From Podarcis bocagei (Eukaryota), in NCBI GenBank assembly GCA_964188305.1, contig OZ076889.1: 64,000 bases of DNA; one strand, 5' to 3'. Made by a program: the position numbers and the translations under genes. Shown here one piece after another: positions 39,012 to 49,057 of this stretch. The first letter of the stretch is position 1. Each line of letters begins with the position of its first letter. The notes under the pieces were generated by a model. It worked only from the letters and a program-made list of their open reading frames with translations, had not been told where the DNA came from and did not search any database.

Positions 39012-41088
39012 GATATTAGCAGTAGTAGTATTATGTACTACTACTATTATTATTATTATTATTATTAGTAGTAGTAGTAGTAGTAGTAGTAGTATGATAT
39101 TGCTTTAAATGTATAGTGCTGATAGGGCCTAAGTGTGGTAGGATATATTTCACTAGGCATTCTCCATCTCGAAACCAAGTGTCTGAGAATGCAGTTGTGA
39201 CCCCACATCTATCACACTTCAGAATGTCAGTGTTTGTCTTCTGAGTTAAATCAACATGCTGGGGTAAAAGGGAGTGTGGAGTTGGGGTGAATTTGTGGAG
39301 TGTGGAGTCTGATGTACTGTTACTATTTGTACTTTTTTTTTTTTTTAGAAAATGTATTTTACAAAGAATAAATTGTACTGGGGGAAAAGAGACCAATGGA
39401 ATGGAATGGAATAACAGCAGTAAATATTGTGACTCCAATTAAAGTCACAGAATCATTGCCTTGTTAATTGGTTAACTCCCTTTAAAAGTGTGTGTGTGTG
39501 TGTGTCTTAGATAGGAGAGGTGGGTGTTGAAGATTGACTGGTTGTTTCACCATTGTTTTGCTGACTGTGGAAACTCCAAGCAGATGCAGAGTCCAAAGGA
39601 GTTTGTGAGGACCGGCAAGCAATGGACTGATAACTTATGGATTGCTACGAAGGAGTTTTGGAAGCTAGAAGACCCTCTCTAGGGCTCAAGGGAGAGAAAC
39701 ACATTGTATTGATATGCATAAATAATACTGCTTGTTAATAGCTGTCATCCTGCAAGTGCAGAGTCATCTTCAAAGACTTGTGCGTAGAGTCTACTTTATC
39801 ACTGGGCTTTGAGGGTGAAACTGCTGCATCATTCTGCATGACTCAGAAAAATAGCTAACATGTAATTGCGTGGCGTACCTGGGAAATCAGGGTTCTACAT
39901 TATGCAGGAAGTCTATGAGTTAAACAAGTCTCCCTGCCGCCATCAACTGCACTCTAATTCATAAAGGGTGGTGGTGATTGAGCTGAATTAACACAGGAGT
40001 TGAAGGCCTGAATGGGGCTTAATCTCTATTGCAGGTTCAGCCTCCCTTCCGCTCTCCCATTCCTGCTATACTATTTCATGCAGAGATATCTGTGCCCCTT
40101 CACTCAACTCGCTGCTCTCTTGGGAATGGGGAAACAAGGATGGTTGACTTAATTCATTTAATATTAATTCCCCATTTCTCTGCTGTCAGCATAATGCACA
40201 AGCCATTAAGCATATACACCAAGCTGCTCCCCTCCCCTCCATCAACGCTTTCTTTTGAAGTGCATTTGGATTGTGGAAAGACACTGGCTCGAAATCACTT
40301 GCTGCTGGTTAAACGTCCTGCAACTGGGTGACTGAATGAAAGGTGTCAAGGGTGTGTCCCAGGAGATGTTGGCAGAGGTGGCAGGACCCGGAGAGCACCC
40401 TGTTACCCTGAAGAGGTGTATAAAAGGGGGGATCTAGCAAATGTAGCTTCCCTGCCCTTTTTATTTTTCAGCCGGCTGTCTTAGTCGTCAGGCCTCCAAA
40501 GGTAAATTTGTGTATGCCAGCAATGTGTGCTCGTGTTTAATAAATCTGAGCATTCAAAGACCAGCTGTACAGCTCTCTCAGTGGCAAGTCTCCATATTTG
40601 CATTCATTTTGCTTGGCAGCTCATCAGAGCCTGAGTATAGCAAAACTGTCAAGGCAAGATATAAAGCATATTTATTTTGTTTAGCATTTGATGGGACTGG
40701 AAGGGAAAGGTTGTCCCATTAAAATTTACTTTTGATGATTTTCTTCAGGCTAACTGGTGTTTAATGCCTGAAACTGACCTACCCAATTTCGTGAGCCGGG
40801 GGGGGGGGGAGAAGGAATCAAACAAACAAACAGCCAGATACCAAACAAATTCAGAAAATAGCATATTAGCATTAGCATTTGAAAGAATTTAATTATTACA
40901 CTGGGGGTTCGAATTCTAATAAGCAAAATGTGCAGGGTGCTCATCTGAAGTTACTGAAAGCCAAGAGAATAATCCATTTTGGGATGAAAAACATGGTGAC
41001 GTCAAGAAGTGGAAATTGGATTCGCAGGAGCAAATTTTGCAAGCCAGTATTTGTGTGTATATATCACAGTGAATTAAAAAATATCCTG

Positions 41089-41222
41089 CTGGGATAGCTC
41101 AGTCGGTAGAGCATAATCTCAGGGTTGCGGGTTCAAGCACCACATTGGGCAAAAGATCCCTGCATTGCAGGGGGTTGGACTAGATTTCACCCAGGATCCC
41201 TTCCGATTCTATGATTCTATGA
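41089..41222 (+). mobile_element. tRNA-derived SINE with CR1 tail
   Basis: GGATAGCTCAGTCGGTAGAGCA, GGTTCAAGC, (ATTCTATG)n tail. Confidence 0.85.
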
Positions 41223-41261
41223 AAAGTCATTGTGTACATTATGAATACAAATTGCAGTGTA

Positions 41262-41643
41262 AGGTAAAGGTTAAGGGACCCCTGACCATTAGGTCCAGTC
41301 GTGACCAACTCTGGGGTTGCGGCGCTCATCTCGCTTTATTGGCCGAGGGAGCCGGTGTACAGCTTCCGGGTCATTTGGCCAGCATGACTAATCCGCTTCT
41401 GGCGAACCAGAGCAGCACACGGAAACGCCGTTTACCTTCCCGCCAGAGTTGTACCTATTTATCTACTTGCACTTTGACGTGCTTTCAAACTGCTAGGTTG
41501 GCAGGAGCAGGGACCGAGCAACAGGGACGCGGGTGTCGCTGTGGGTTAAACCACAGAGCCTAGGACTTGCCGATCAGAAGGTTGGCAGTTCGAATCCCCA
41601 TGACGGGGTGAGCTCCCGTTGCTCGGTCCCTGCTCCTGCCAAC
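41262..41643 (-). mobile_element. Sauria SINE with inverted 5' segment
   Basis: 3' part on minus (41262-41522), 5' 120 nt on plus (41524-41643); 15-bp TSD ACAAATTGCA(G/C)TGTA. Confidence 0.88.
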
Positions 41644-41984
41644 AAATTGCACTGTACAATCTAGCTAAAGAGAGACATGACCGACTGCCAGAATGACACG
41701 TGACATTAGTCACATAGTGCTGCCTTTAAGTCCAAGGGAACAGTCGGGAGACCATGAGCTTGAGCAGATGAATGGTGGTGGGGTGGGGGCGGGGGCATGA
41801 TTTGTAGCCCTTTGGAGCTTGGTGGTGGCTTTTTGTTTTTTTAAAAAAATTACTCATTCCTGTAACTGTTTCTCCTCTCTCACCCATAACTCCGCCTGAT
41901 CCATCCATCTTCTGTAACTCATAGCCTTCAGAGGCAACTTTGGCTAATTACAGAAAAAAAGAGTCTCCATCCCCATCATTCAGC

Positions 41985-42266
41985 CCGGACACTGGGGTCC
42001 AGCTCCGAGGGCCTTCTGACAGTTCCCTCCCTGCAAGAAGTGAGGTTACAGGGAACCAGGCAGAGGGCCATCTTGGTGGTGGCACCCGCCCTGTGGAACA
42101 CTCTCCCATCAGATGTCAAGGAAATAAACAACTATCTGACTTTAGAAGACATCTGAAGGCAGCCCTATTTAGGGAAGTTTTTAATGTTTGGTGTTTTATT
42201 GTGTTTTTAATATTCTGTTGGGAGCCATTCTGTGTGGCTGGGGAAACCCAGCCAGATGGGCAGGGT
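41985..42266 (+). mobile_element. L2-clade LINE 3' end
   Basis: Same family as 31156-31575; FRRHLKAALFREVF; ends GGGAAACCCAGCCAGATGGGCAGGGT. Confidence 0.85.
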
Positions 42267-42547
42267 GTTGTTGTTGTTGTTGTTGTTGTTTTTTTTTTTT
42301 TAATAAACTTTATTACAATCACATATACTTGCGCATACAAAGAAAAAGTTGTAACATAAAGAAATACAATACACACAGCACATTAAAAACACATACATCT
42401 AAAGTAGTAGAAAAAAAAAACATTACGAAGAAGAAAATTCCAATCATACCCTTACACACATTTGACTTCCCTTAACCTCAGCTTTGGATTAAACATTCTA
42501 CATTAATCTTCTGCAGTTATTTTGTTTGTCTTTACATGTCATAGGAG

Positions 42548-45500
42548 TTAAACATCGTCTACTGTTAAGTTGTTAATTCTCAAGTTAGTCTCAAGGTAAC
42601 TTATAAATTTCGACCAATCTTCTGTCTTTTTAATAGAGTTATCCCGCCTAATATATTGTGTAAGTCTCGCCAATTCCAAATATTGGTACACTTTCACCTG
42701 CCACTCTCTCATTGTTGGAATTTCTGAGGATTTCCATTTCTTTGCTATTAAAATTCTCGCCGCAGTGGCGGCGTACTGGAAGAAAGTCTGATCTTTCTTT
42801 TTTATTTCCTCCCCAATCATCCCTAGAAGGAAAGCTTCAGGTTTCTTGGGAAAATTATACTTCAAAATTTTCTTTAACTCCTCGTAAATTTGTCCCCAGA
42901 AACCCTTCACCTCCTCACAGGTCCACCAAATATGAAAGAAAGTCCCCACCTTATCTTTACATCTCCAGCAAGTGTTATCTGCTGTTCTATACATTCTCCC
43001 TAATCTTACCGGGGTCAGATACCAGCGGTACATCATCTTGTACTGATTCTCACATAAATCAGCACATACGGTAAATCTCATACCTTTCTTCCATAATGTT
43101 TGCCATTTATCATAACCTATCTCATATCCTAGATCTTTATTCCATTTAATCATTACCTCTTTAATCAACACTTCCTTGTTTTCACTTTCCAGCAATTGCC
43201 TATACATTTTGGACAGTAATTTGCTATTACTCTCCATAATCTCCACTTGAAATCTAGATTTATTTTCTCCCATACCTATTCTCTTATGTTCCCTCCATAT
43301 TGCACTAACTTGGTGTAGGTGAAACCAATCCTTAATTTTCTCTTTCAGTTCATCCTGTGATCTTAATTTCCACCCTTCTTCTGATTTAATTAATAAATCC
43401 TCGTACGTCCATCTTTTACCTATCATATTTAGTTTCTTTATTTTGATGATATCCACAGGTGAAAGCCACCAGGGGGTGTTTTGTTCAATCACATTTTTCT
43501 TCCTATTCCAGACTTCCATGAGTGGTCCTCTAACTATATGGTTATGAAATCCTCTATGGATTTTGTCTTTTCCCTGCCAGAGGTAGGCATGCCACCCAAA
43601 TCTTAGATCGAACCCTTCCAGGTCTAATAGATCAGCGTCTTTCAGGGTGGCCCAGTCCTTTATCCAAAGTAGGCATGCGGCCTCATAGTAAAGCCTTAAG
43701 TTTGGTACACCAAAGCCCCCTCTTTCCCTGGAATCCATCAAGTATTTGAGTTTCACCCTAGGTTTCTTCTCTTGCCACATATATTTGGTCAGGGTTCTTT
43801 GCCAATTTTTAAAGCAGGTGGTACCTTTTATAACTGGTAGGTTCTGAAACAGAAATAACAGTCTCGGGAGGATACACATCTTAATCGATTCCATCCTCCC
43901 GGTCCAAGATAAATTCAGTCTACACCAGGTATTCATATCTTTCTTAATTTCCTTCCACAATTTATCATAGTTATCCTCTACCAAGTTAATATTCTTTGTG
44001 GACAACCAAATTCCCAAGTATTTCACCTTATTCGCTACTTTAATATCCACCTGTTGTTCTAGCTGTAATCTTTCTTGTGCTGTCAGATTCTTTATTAATA
44101 ATTTAGTTTTCCCCCTATTTAACTTGAATCCGGATAATTTACCGAACTCTTCCAGAAGTTCTATCGCTCTGCTGGTGGTTTCAAATGGGTTCTCAAAAAA
44201 GAAAACCAGATCATCTGCGTAGGCTTTTAATTTGTACTCTTTATCTCCAATTCTTACTCCCTTAATGTTTGGGGTCGCTCTTATTTTGTTTGTTACTGTT
44301 TCTAACACCAAAATAAACAATAAAGGTGACAGAGGGCAGCCCTGCCTTGTGCCTTTCATAATCGGAAAATGTTTAGTCAAGTTATTATTAATGATCAACC
44401 TAGCCTGCTGCTCTGTATAAATCGCCCTGATGCCCTTCAAATAAGGACCCCTTATGCCCACCTTATCAAGTTTTTGTAGCAGAAATTCCCAAGATACGCG
44501 GTCAAAAGCTTTTTCCGCATCAACAAAAATAAGGGCCGCTGGCACATCTGGTCTTGTCTCCAAATACTCCATGATGTCTAATACATGCCGGACGTTGTCT
44601 CTCAGTTGTCTACCCGGTAAGAATCCCACTTGGTCTCTATGTATATATTTATTTAATAATTTTTTGAATCTACATGCCATGATGTCTGCAAAGATCTTAT
44701 AATCACAGTTTAAAAGTGAAATTGGCCTATAGTTTTTTATATCTGTCTTTTCATTTTCAGTCTTGGGGATTAACGTAATATACGCCTCCTTCCAGGAACT
44801 AGGTATCCTCCCTTCTTGAAGAGTATTATTTATTACCTCCGTTAAAGCCGGCGCTAACAAATCTACCAGTTTTTTATAGTATTTTGCAGGTAGACCGTCC
44901 GGACCAGGGGACTTCCCGTTCTTCATCTTATTAATAGCATCCCGGACCTCTTTTTCAGACACCACATTGTTTAGTTGTGCACAGTCCTCTTCCGTAAAAA
45001 AATTCCTTTCTTCTTGGTCTAGATAGTTCTCTATTTCTACGCTGCTCTCTTCTCCTTTTTCATACAGCTTTTCAAAAAAGGTAACAAACCTATTTTCAAT
45101 TTCCTCTGGGTCCTCTATCACCCTTTCATCTATAATAAGTTTATTGATCACATTTTGTTTCTTTCTTTTTCTGAGCTGCCATGCAAGTAATTTCCCCATT
45201 TTATTGGCCGACTCAAAATATTTCTGTCTCGTAAATTTAATTTTCTGTTCTACCTCTTGATTCAGAATAGCTGAGTATTGGGACTGCAGCACCCTCACCA
45301 TTTGATTAGTCATTTCATCTGTCGGATCTAAAGCGAGTTTTCTTTCATGGTCCCTCAATTGGGCCAAAATGCCATCCTTCTTTTTCTCCCTTAATTTCTT
45401 TCTATAGCTATTTTGCTGTATTAGAAAGCCCCTTAGGACAGCCTTACCGGCATCCCATACCAACTCTATTGGAGTATCTCTATTCAGGTTCGTCTCCAAA

Positions 45501-46303
45501 TATTCTCTCAGGGTTTTTTTTGCCATCTCCAGTACTTCCTCATTTTCAAATAAATATTCATTCATCCTCCACCTGAGCTGCCCTTTCAGTTCGTTTTTAA
45601 TTTCCAAAGTCAGAGGGCAGTGATCTGACAGGGTCCTAGGTAATATCTCGCATCTCTTAACTCTCCATACCATAGCTCTAGTCACCCAAATCTGGTCAAT
45701 CCTACCCCAGCTCTGGTGGGGCTCTGAATAATAAGTAAACTGTTTAGTGGTGGGGTTTCGATGTCTCCAGATGTCAACTAGGTCTAGGTTTCCCACTAAC
45801 TCATTAAATGAGTTGGGGAGCTTCCCCCTATTTGCGTTCCTCTGGTTCTCGCTTCTGTCTATACTCGGTGTTGGGACCCCATTCCAATCTCCCAATAAAA
45901 TTAACTTATAAGGTTCCAGTTCCAGCAGCATGCTTTCTAGTTTTCCAAAGAACTCAGTTCTTTTGGTATTTGGTGCATATACCGACACTACATTGATTCT
46001 TTCCCCTCGAAAATTTAATTGAATACCTAATATTCTACCTTCCTCATCTTTACAGATTTGTCTTGGTTCCCACCTTTCTTTAGCGTAGATTACCACTCCT
46101 TTTTTTTTATTTACATCCGAGTTTACAAATTCTACTCCCAGCTTTTTATTCACCAAGATGTGTCTATGTCTCTTTGCGATATGGGTTTCTTGAAAACAGA
46201 TGACATCGTATTTCTTATTTCTCAAAGCTTTCTGAATTTTATTCCTTTTAATTTTCTCATTCAACCCATTCACGTTCCATGATAAAAGTTTTAAAGTGTC
46301 CAG
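42548..46303 (-). CDS. L1 ORF2p: APE endonuclease, reverse transcriptase, C-terminal CCHC (1251 aa if started at CTG 46303)
   Basis: SWNVNGLN, QETH, VYAPN, GDWN, SDH; KSPGPDG, YRPISLLN, DAEKAFD, GTRQGCPLSPLLF, YADD, KYLGI; CWRC...HIWWTC; start codon inferred. Confidence 0.95.
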   Translation of the reverse strand: MDTLKLLSWNVNGLNEKIKRNKIQKALRNKKYDVICFQETHIAKRHRHILVNKKLGVEFVNSDVNKKKGVVIYAKERWEPRQICKDEEGRILGIQLNFRGERINVVSVYAPNTKRTEFFGKLESMLLELEPYKLILLGDWNGVPTPSIDRSENQRNANRGKLPNSFNELVGNLDLVDIWRHRNPTTKQFTYYSEPHQSWGRIDQIWVTRAMVWRVKRCEILPRTLSDHCPLTLEIKNELKGQLRWRMNEYLFENEEVLEMAKKTLREYLETNLNRDTPIELVWDAGKAVLRGFLIQQNSYRKKLREKKKDGILAQLRDHERKLALDPTDEMTNQMVRVLQSQYSAILNQEVEQKIKFTRQKYFESANKMGKLLAWQLRKRKKQNVINKLIIDERVIEDPEEIENRFVTFFEKLYEKGEESSVEIENYLDQEERNFFTEEDCAQLNNVVSEKEVRDAINKMKNGKSPGPDGLPAKYYKKLVDLLAPALTEVINNTLQEGRIPSSWKEAYITLIPKTENEKTDIKNYRPISLLNCDYKIFADIMACRFKKLLNKYIHRDQVGFLPGRQLRDNVRHVLDIMEYLETRPDVPAALIFVDAEKAFDRVSWEFLLQKLDKVGIRGPYLKGIRAIYTEQQARLIINNNLTKHFPIMKGTRQGCPLSPLLFILVLETVTNKIRATPNIKGVRIGDKEYKLKAYADDLVFFFENPFETTSRAIELLEEFGKLSGFKLNRGKTKLLIKNLTAQERLQLEQQVDIKVANKVKYLGIWLSTKNINLVEDNYDKLWKEIKKDMNTWCRLNLSWTGRMESIKMCILPRLLFLFQNLPVIKGTTCFKNWQRTLTKYMWQEKKPRVKLKYLMDSRERGGFGVPNLRLYYEAACLLWIKDWATLKDADLLDLEGFDLRFGWHAYLWQGKDKIHRGFHNHIVRGPLMEVWNRKKNVIEQNTPWWLSPVDIIKIKKLNMIGKRWTYEDLLIKSEEGWKLRSQDELKEKIKDWFHLHQVSAIWREHKRIGMGENKSRFQVEIMESNSKLLSKMYRQLLESENKEVLIKEVMIKWNKDLGYEIGYDKWQTLWKKGMRFTVCADLCENQYKMMYRWYLTPVRLGRMYRTADNTCWRCKDKVGTFFHIWWTCEEVKGFWGQIYEELKKILKYNFPKKPEAFLLGMIGEEIKKKDQTFFQYAATAARILIAKKWKSSEIPTMREWQVKVYQYLELARLTQYIRRDNSIKKTEDWSKFISYLETNLRINNLTVDDV

Positions 46304-46349
46304 TGTTGTCTTAGTTCTGCAACTACTTTACCTCAAAAAAAAACTCAAA

Positions 46350-47411
46350 TTAAAAACCGACGCCTTTGTTTCCTAGGAGCCCCTCCTCTTCAACCGCCCC
46401 TTCTCCCACTGCGGCTTCTTCATCTTCATCTCCTAAGTTTGACCCCCTCTCTCCTTGGTCTTTCGCGCTCCCTTCCCTCTTTTCTTCCCTTTCTCGCCCA
46501 TTCCCTTTCACCTCTTCATTACTTCGTACTCTATATTCTGTCCTTCCTAACTCTTTTTCATACCTTCTCAGGAACTTCTCTGTTTCTTGTATATCCGTTA
46601 ATTTAAATTTCTTGTCTTTATAGAAGAAAGTAATCCCTTCCGGGAACTCCCATCTAAATTGTATTCCATTTCTCTTTAAAACAGCCACCACTTGTCTATA
46701 GCCCTCTCTTTTTCTTAATAATCTAATTGGAATCTCTTTGTAGATAATAATGGGCCTCCCTTCAATTCTAAGTTTGTTACGGTAGCTCGTCCTTAGAATT
46801 AAATTCCTCATTTCTAGGGAATTGAATATCACCAGGCAGTCTCCCAAGAATTTGTTGGTTTTTAAATGCTGTGGTCTCGACATTCTAAATGCACTATCAA
46901 TCGTTAAAGCTATCTCTACCTCTTCCAAACACAGCCATTTAGAGAGCTCTTTAATCATTTTCTTTCTAACATCCTCATTTCTTTCTTCAACCACACCTCT
47001 AAATTTTAAGTGGAGCTGCTTTTGTCGCATGTCGGCCATAGCAAGGTTGTCCCAAATCTTCTCCTGTGCTTTATTTAGTTCACCCAACTCTTCCCTCATC
47101 CTCCCTGTTTCCCTTTTCTGTTCCCTCAGTTCTTTCTGTAGTTTCTTATTGGACTCCTCAATCATCTTAGATTTTACTGACAGGTCTTGAATTTTGGATG
47201 AGAGCTCTCCTACTGCTTCCTCTATTTTTTTGTCAATCAGGTCTTGCATATCTCCTAGCTTATTTTCCATATATGTTTCGTTTTGTTTAAATTCTTCCTT
47301 TATTTTAATCCATAAGCTATCTAAGTCTTTAATCTCCTCCTGACGCGATGCCTTTCTTTCCCCTGGGGTCCCGCCCATTTTCTTTAAGTCCTTCCCCTCC
47401 TTCCCCATCAT
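46350..47411 (-). CDS. L1 ORF1p (coiled coil, RRM, CTD, acidic tail), 353 aa
   Basis: Heptad-rich N-terminal half; LKFRGVVE...IDSAFRM RRM-like region; RKREGY...FRWEFPEGI CTD-like region; located upstream of ORF2. Confidence 0.92.
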   Translation of the reverse strand: MMGKEGKDLKKMGGTPGERKASRQEEIKDLDSLWIKIKEEFKQNETYMENKLGDMQDLIDKKIEEAVGELSSKIQDLSVKSKMIEESNKKLQKELREQKRETGRMREELGELNKAQEKIWDNLAMADMRQKQLHLKFRGVVEERNEDVRKKMIKELSKWLCLEEVEIALTIDSAFRMSRPQHLKTNKFLGDCLVIFNSLEMRNLILRTSYRNKLRIEGRPIIIYKEIPIRLLRKREGYRQVVAVLKRNGIQFRWEFPEGITFFYKDKKFKLTDIQETEKFLRRYEKELGRTEYRVRSNEEVKGNGREREEKREGSAKDQGERGSNLGDEDEEAAVGEGAVEEEGLLGNKGVGF

Positions 47412-48879
47412 TACTTATAGCACTCCTCCTTTCTTCACTGTTCTTCACTGTTTTCCCTATACTCCTATCCTTTCCTCCTTCCCCTCAAAGAACGTCCACC
47501 GGGGATAACGTATAATATATCTGGTCTAACTATACCGTGTACCCCTACATATAAGCACATAAACACATAAACACATATAAACACGTATAAACCCCGGGTA
47601 GAAGAGAAAAGAAGAAAACCGTGAGGAGGGTATCAGTCCAAAAGTATCAATTAGTCCGCTCCAGGTCTTGACCTTCTCTTTTACTTCTCTCCGTCCTCTC
47701 CCAGGCCTTTACCAACCCTCACCTGCGTCACACCCAACACCCAGTAGGAGGGTGGGGGGGGAGAGAGGGTGGGGAATAGAGAGAGGGGTGGGGTGGCTCT
47801 TAAGCACGTAGTTGTCCCGCACCACTTCTTACTCAGAACATTCAAAGTTTAGTCCTAGTTAGTTCTAGTTAGTTTACCTCCGGCGTTTCAGGAACTTCGA
47901 GCACTTTAAACTCAGACCCAGTCCTGAGAAGGGCTCTGTTCAGTTGGTTAAGCACAGTACCCAGTTTCCACCACCAAGAGCCAGCTTCTTACAATAACCT
48001 ACAGTAGTGCCCTGGTCGGCTGTTGGCGTCACTGCATGGATTGTCTTTAATATATCTCGGGTCTTTAATATATCTCGGGTCGCCAATCTGATACCAGACC
48101 CTTGCCGCACCTCCCTTGTCGTGTTCTTGCCAACTTATCTTAATATATATCCACAGGGAGGTGAGTAGCGTTGAAAAAGTCAGAGAGGTTCTGCAACGTA
48201 ACCAAAATAGGGCCTCTCCGGAGGGCTTGAAAGGCGTTAATCACAATCTATGTCCCAGACTTGGCGTTATGCTTGTTTAATAGAGTTTAATAGAGTTTAA
48301 TAAAGTGGATAAAAAAATCGTTTTGGTCCGTATTTATTATCAATTCGGGTCTAACTCACTCAGTCAGACTGTTTACTAACCTCCTCACTCCTGCGACTCT
48401 CTTTCTGCGCCATCTTGCCTCCGCTGCCGAGGAAAATCCCGAAAGGCAAACAAAAAGTAAAAAAGTACCTAGACGTCTCCTGGCTTCTCATCAGCTGCTC
48501 GCTTAATTAGTTAGCACTTCAGGCAGAGAAAAAAAACCTTTTCATATGCCAGAGACTCCGTTCTTATCTCCAAGGGGTTCCAACGCTATCCGCAGTTGAA
48601 GCTCCGGGCGTTTCGCTGTGGAATCGGCACTTTCCAATTTGCGCTGGCGGTCACCGTTTTTTTTTTCTTGCTCTCTCTGTCCTTCCCAGAGGAGATAGGA
48701 TGACCGCGTCCGCGCTGCAGGTTGCCTCTCCCCCAAGGGTTCCCCCCCTGAAGTTTCGGGGTACGCTACGCCCTTGCGTCTCCCCCACGTCTTCCACAGC
48801 GCCCAGAAAACCGCGAGCTAGCTTTCTGCGCTTCCTCACTGCTCGCGTCCGGAACTGCTCGCGTCCGGAAAATGAGGAA
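47412..48879 (-). promoter_or_regulatory. L1 5' UTR / internal Pol II promoter
   Basis: CpG-rich 48400-48870; YY1-like CAAGATGGCG at 48408-48417; several short tandem duplications. Confidence 0.7.
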
Positions 48880-48880
48880 G

Positions 48881-48927
<47 letters not shown>

Positions 48928-49057
48928 ATACATGATGTGACTGTGTATTATATCTAGTTTGGTACGAACATTGCCTCTGGGATATGTGGCCCTCCCAGGT
49001 GATCACAATTATGTCCCACTGATTTTAATGGGACTTATTTGCTTCTAAGTAAGTTTG

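Larger units (their letters stand above)
42291..48879 (-). mobile_element. Full-length LINE-1 (~6.6 kb), both ORFs uninterrupted
   Basis: Poly-A (T run 42291-42301), AATAAA 42309-42314, ORF2, 46-nt spacer, ORF1, ~1.47-kb CpG-rich 5' UTR; (GTT)8 on the left and (GTT)16 on the right. Confidence 0.96.

Noticed and set aside
39480-39830. Possible additional LTR
   Set aside because: No convincing termini, TSD or poly-A signal.
42712-47190. Plus-strand ORFs antisense to the L1 ORFs
   Set aside because: Short shadows of the purine-rich coding strand, with no motifs.
47412-48413. Spliced N-terminal extension of ORF1 from the uORF
   Set aside because: An in-frame TAA lies two codons upstream of the ORF1 ATG, and the candidate splice gives an immediate stop.
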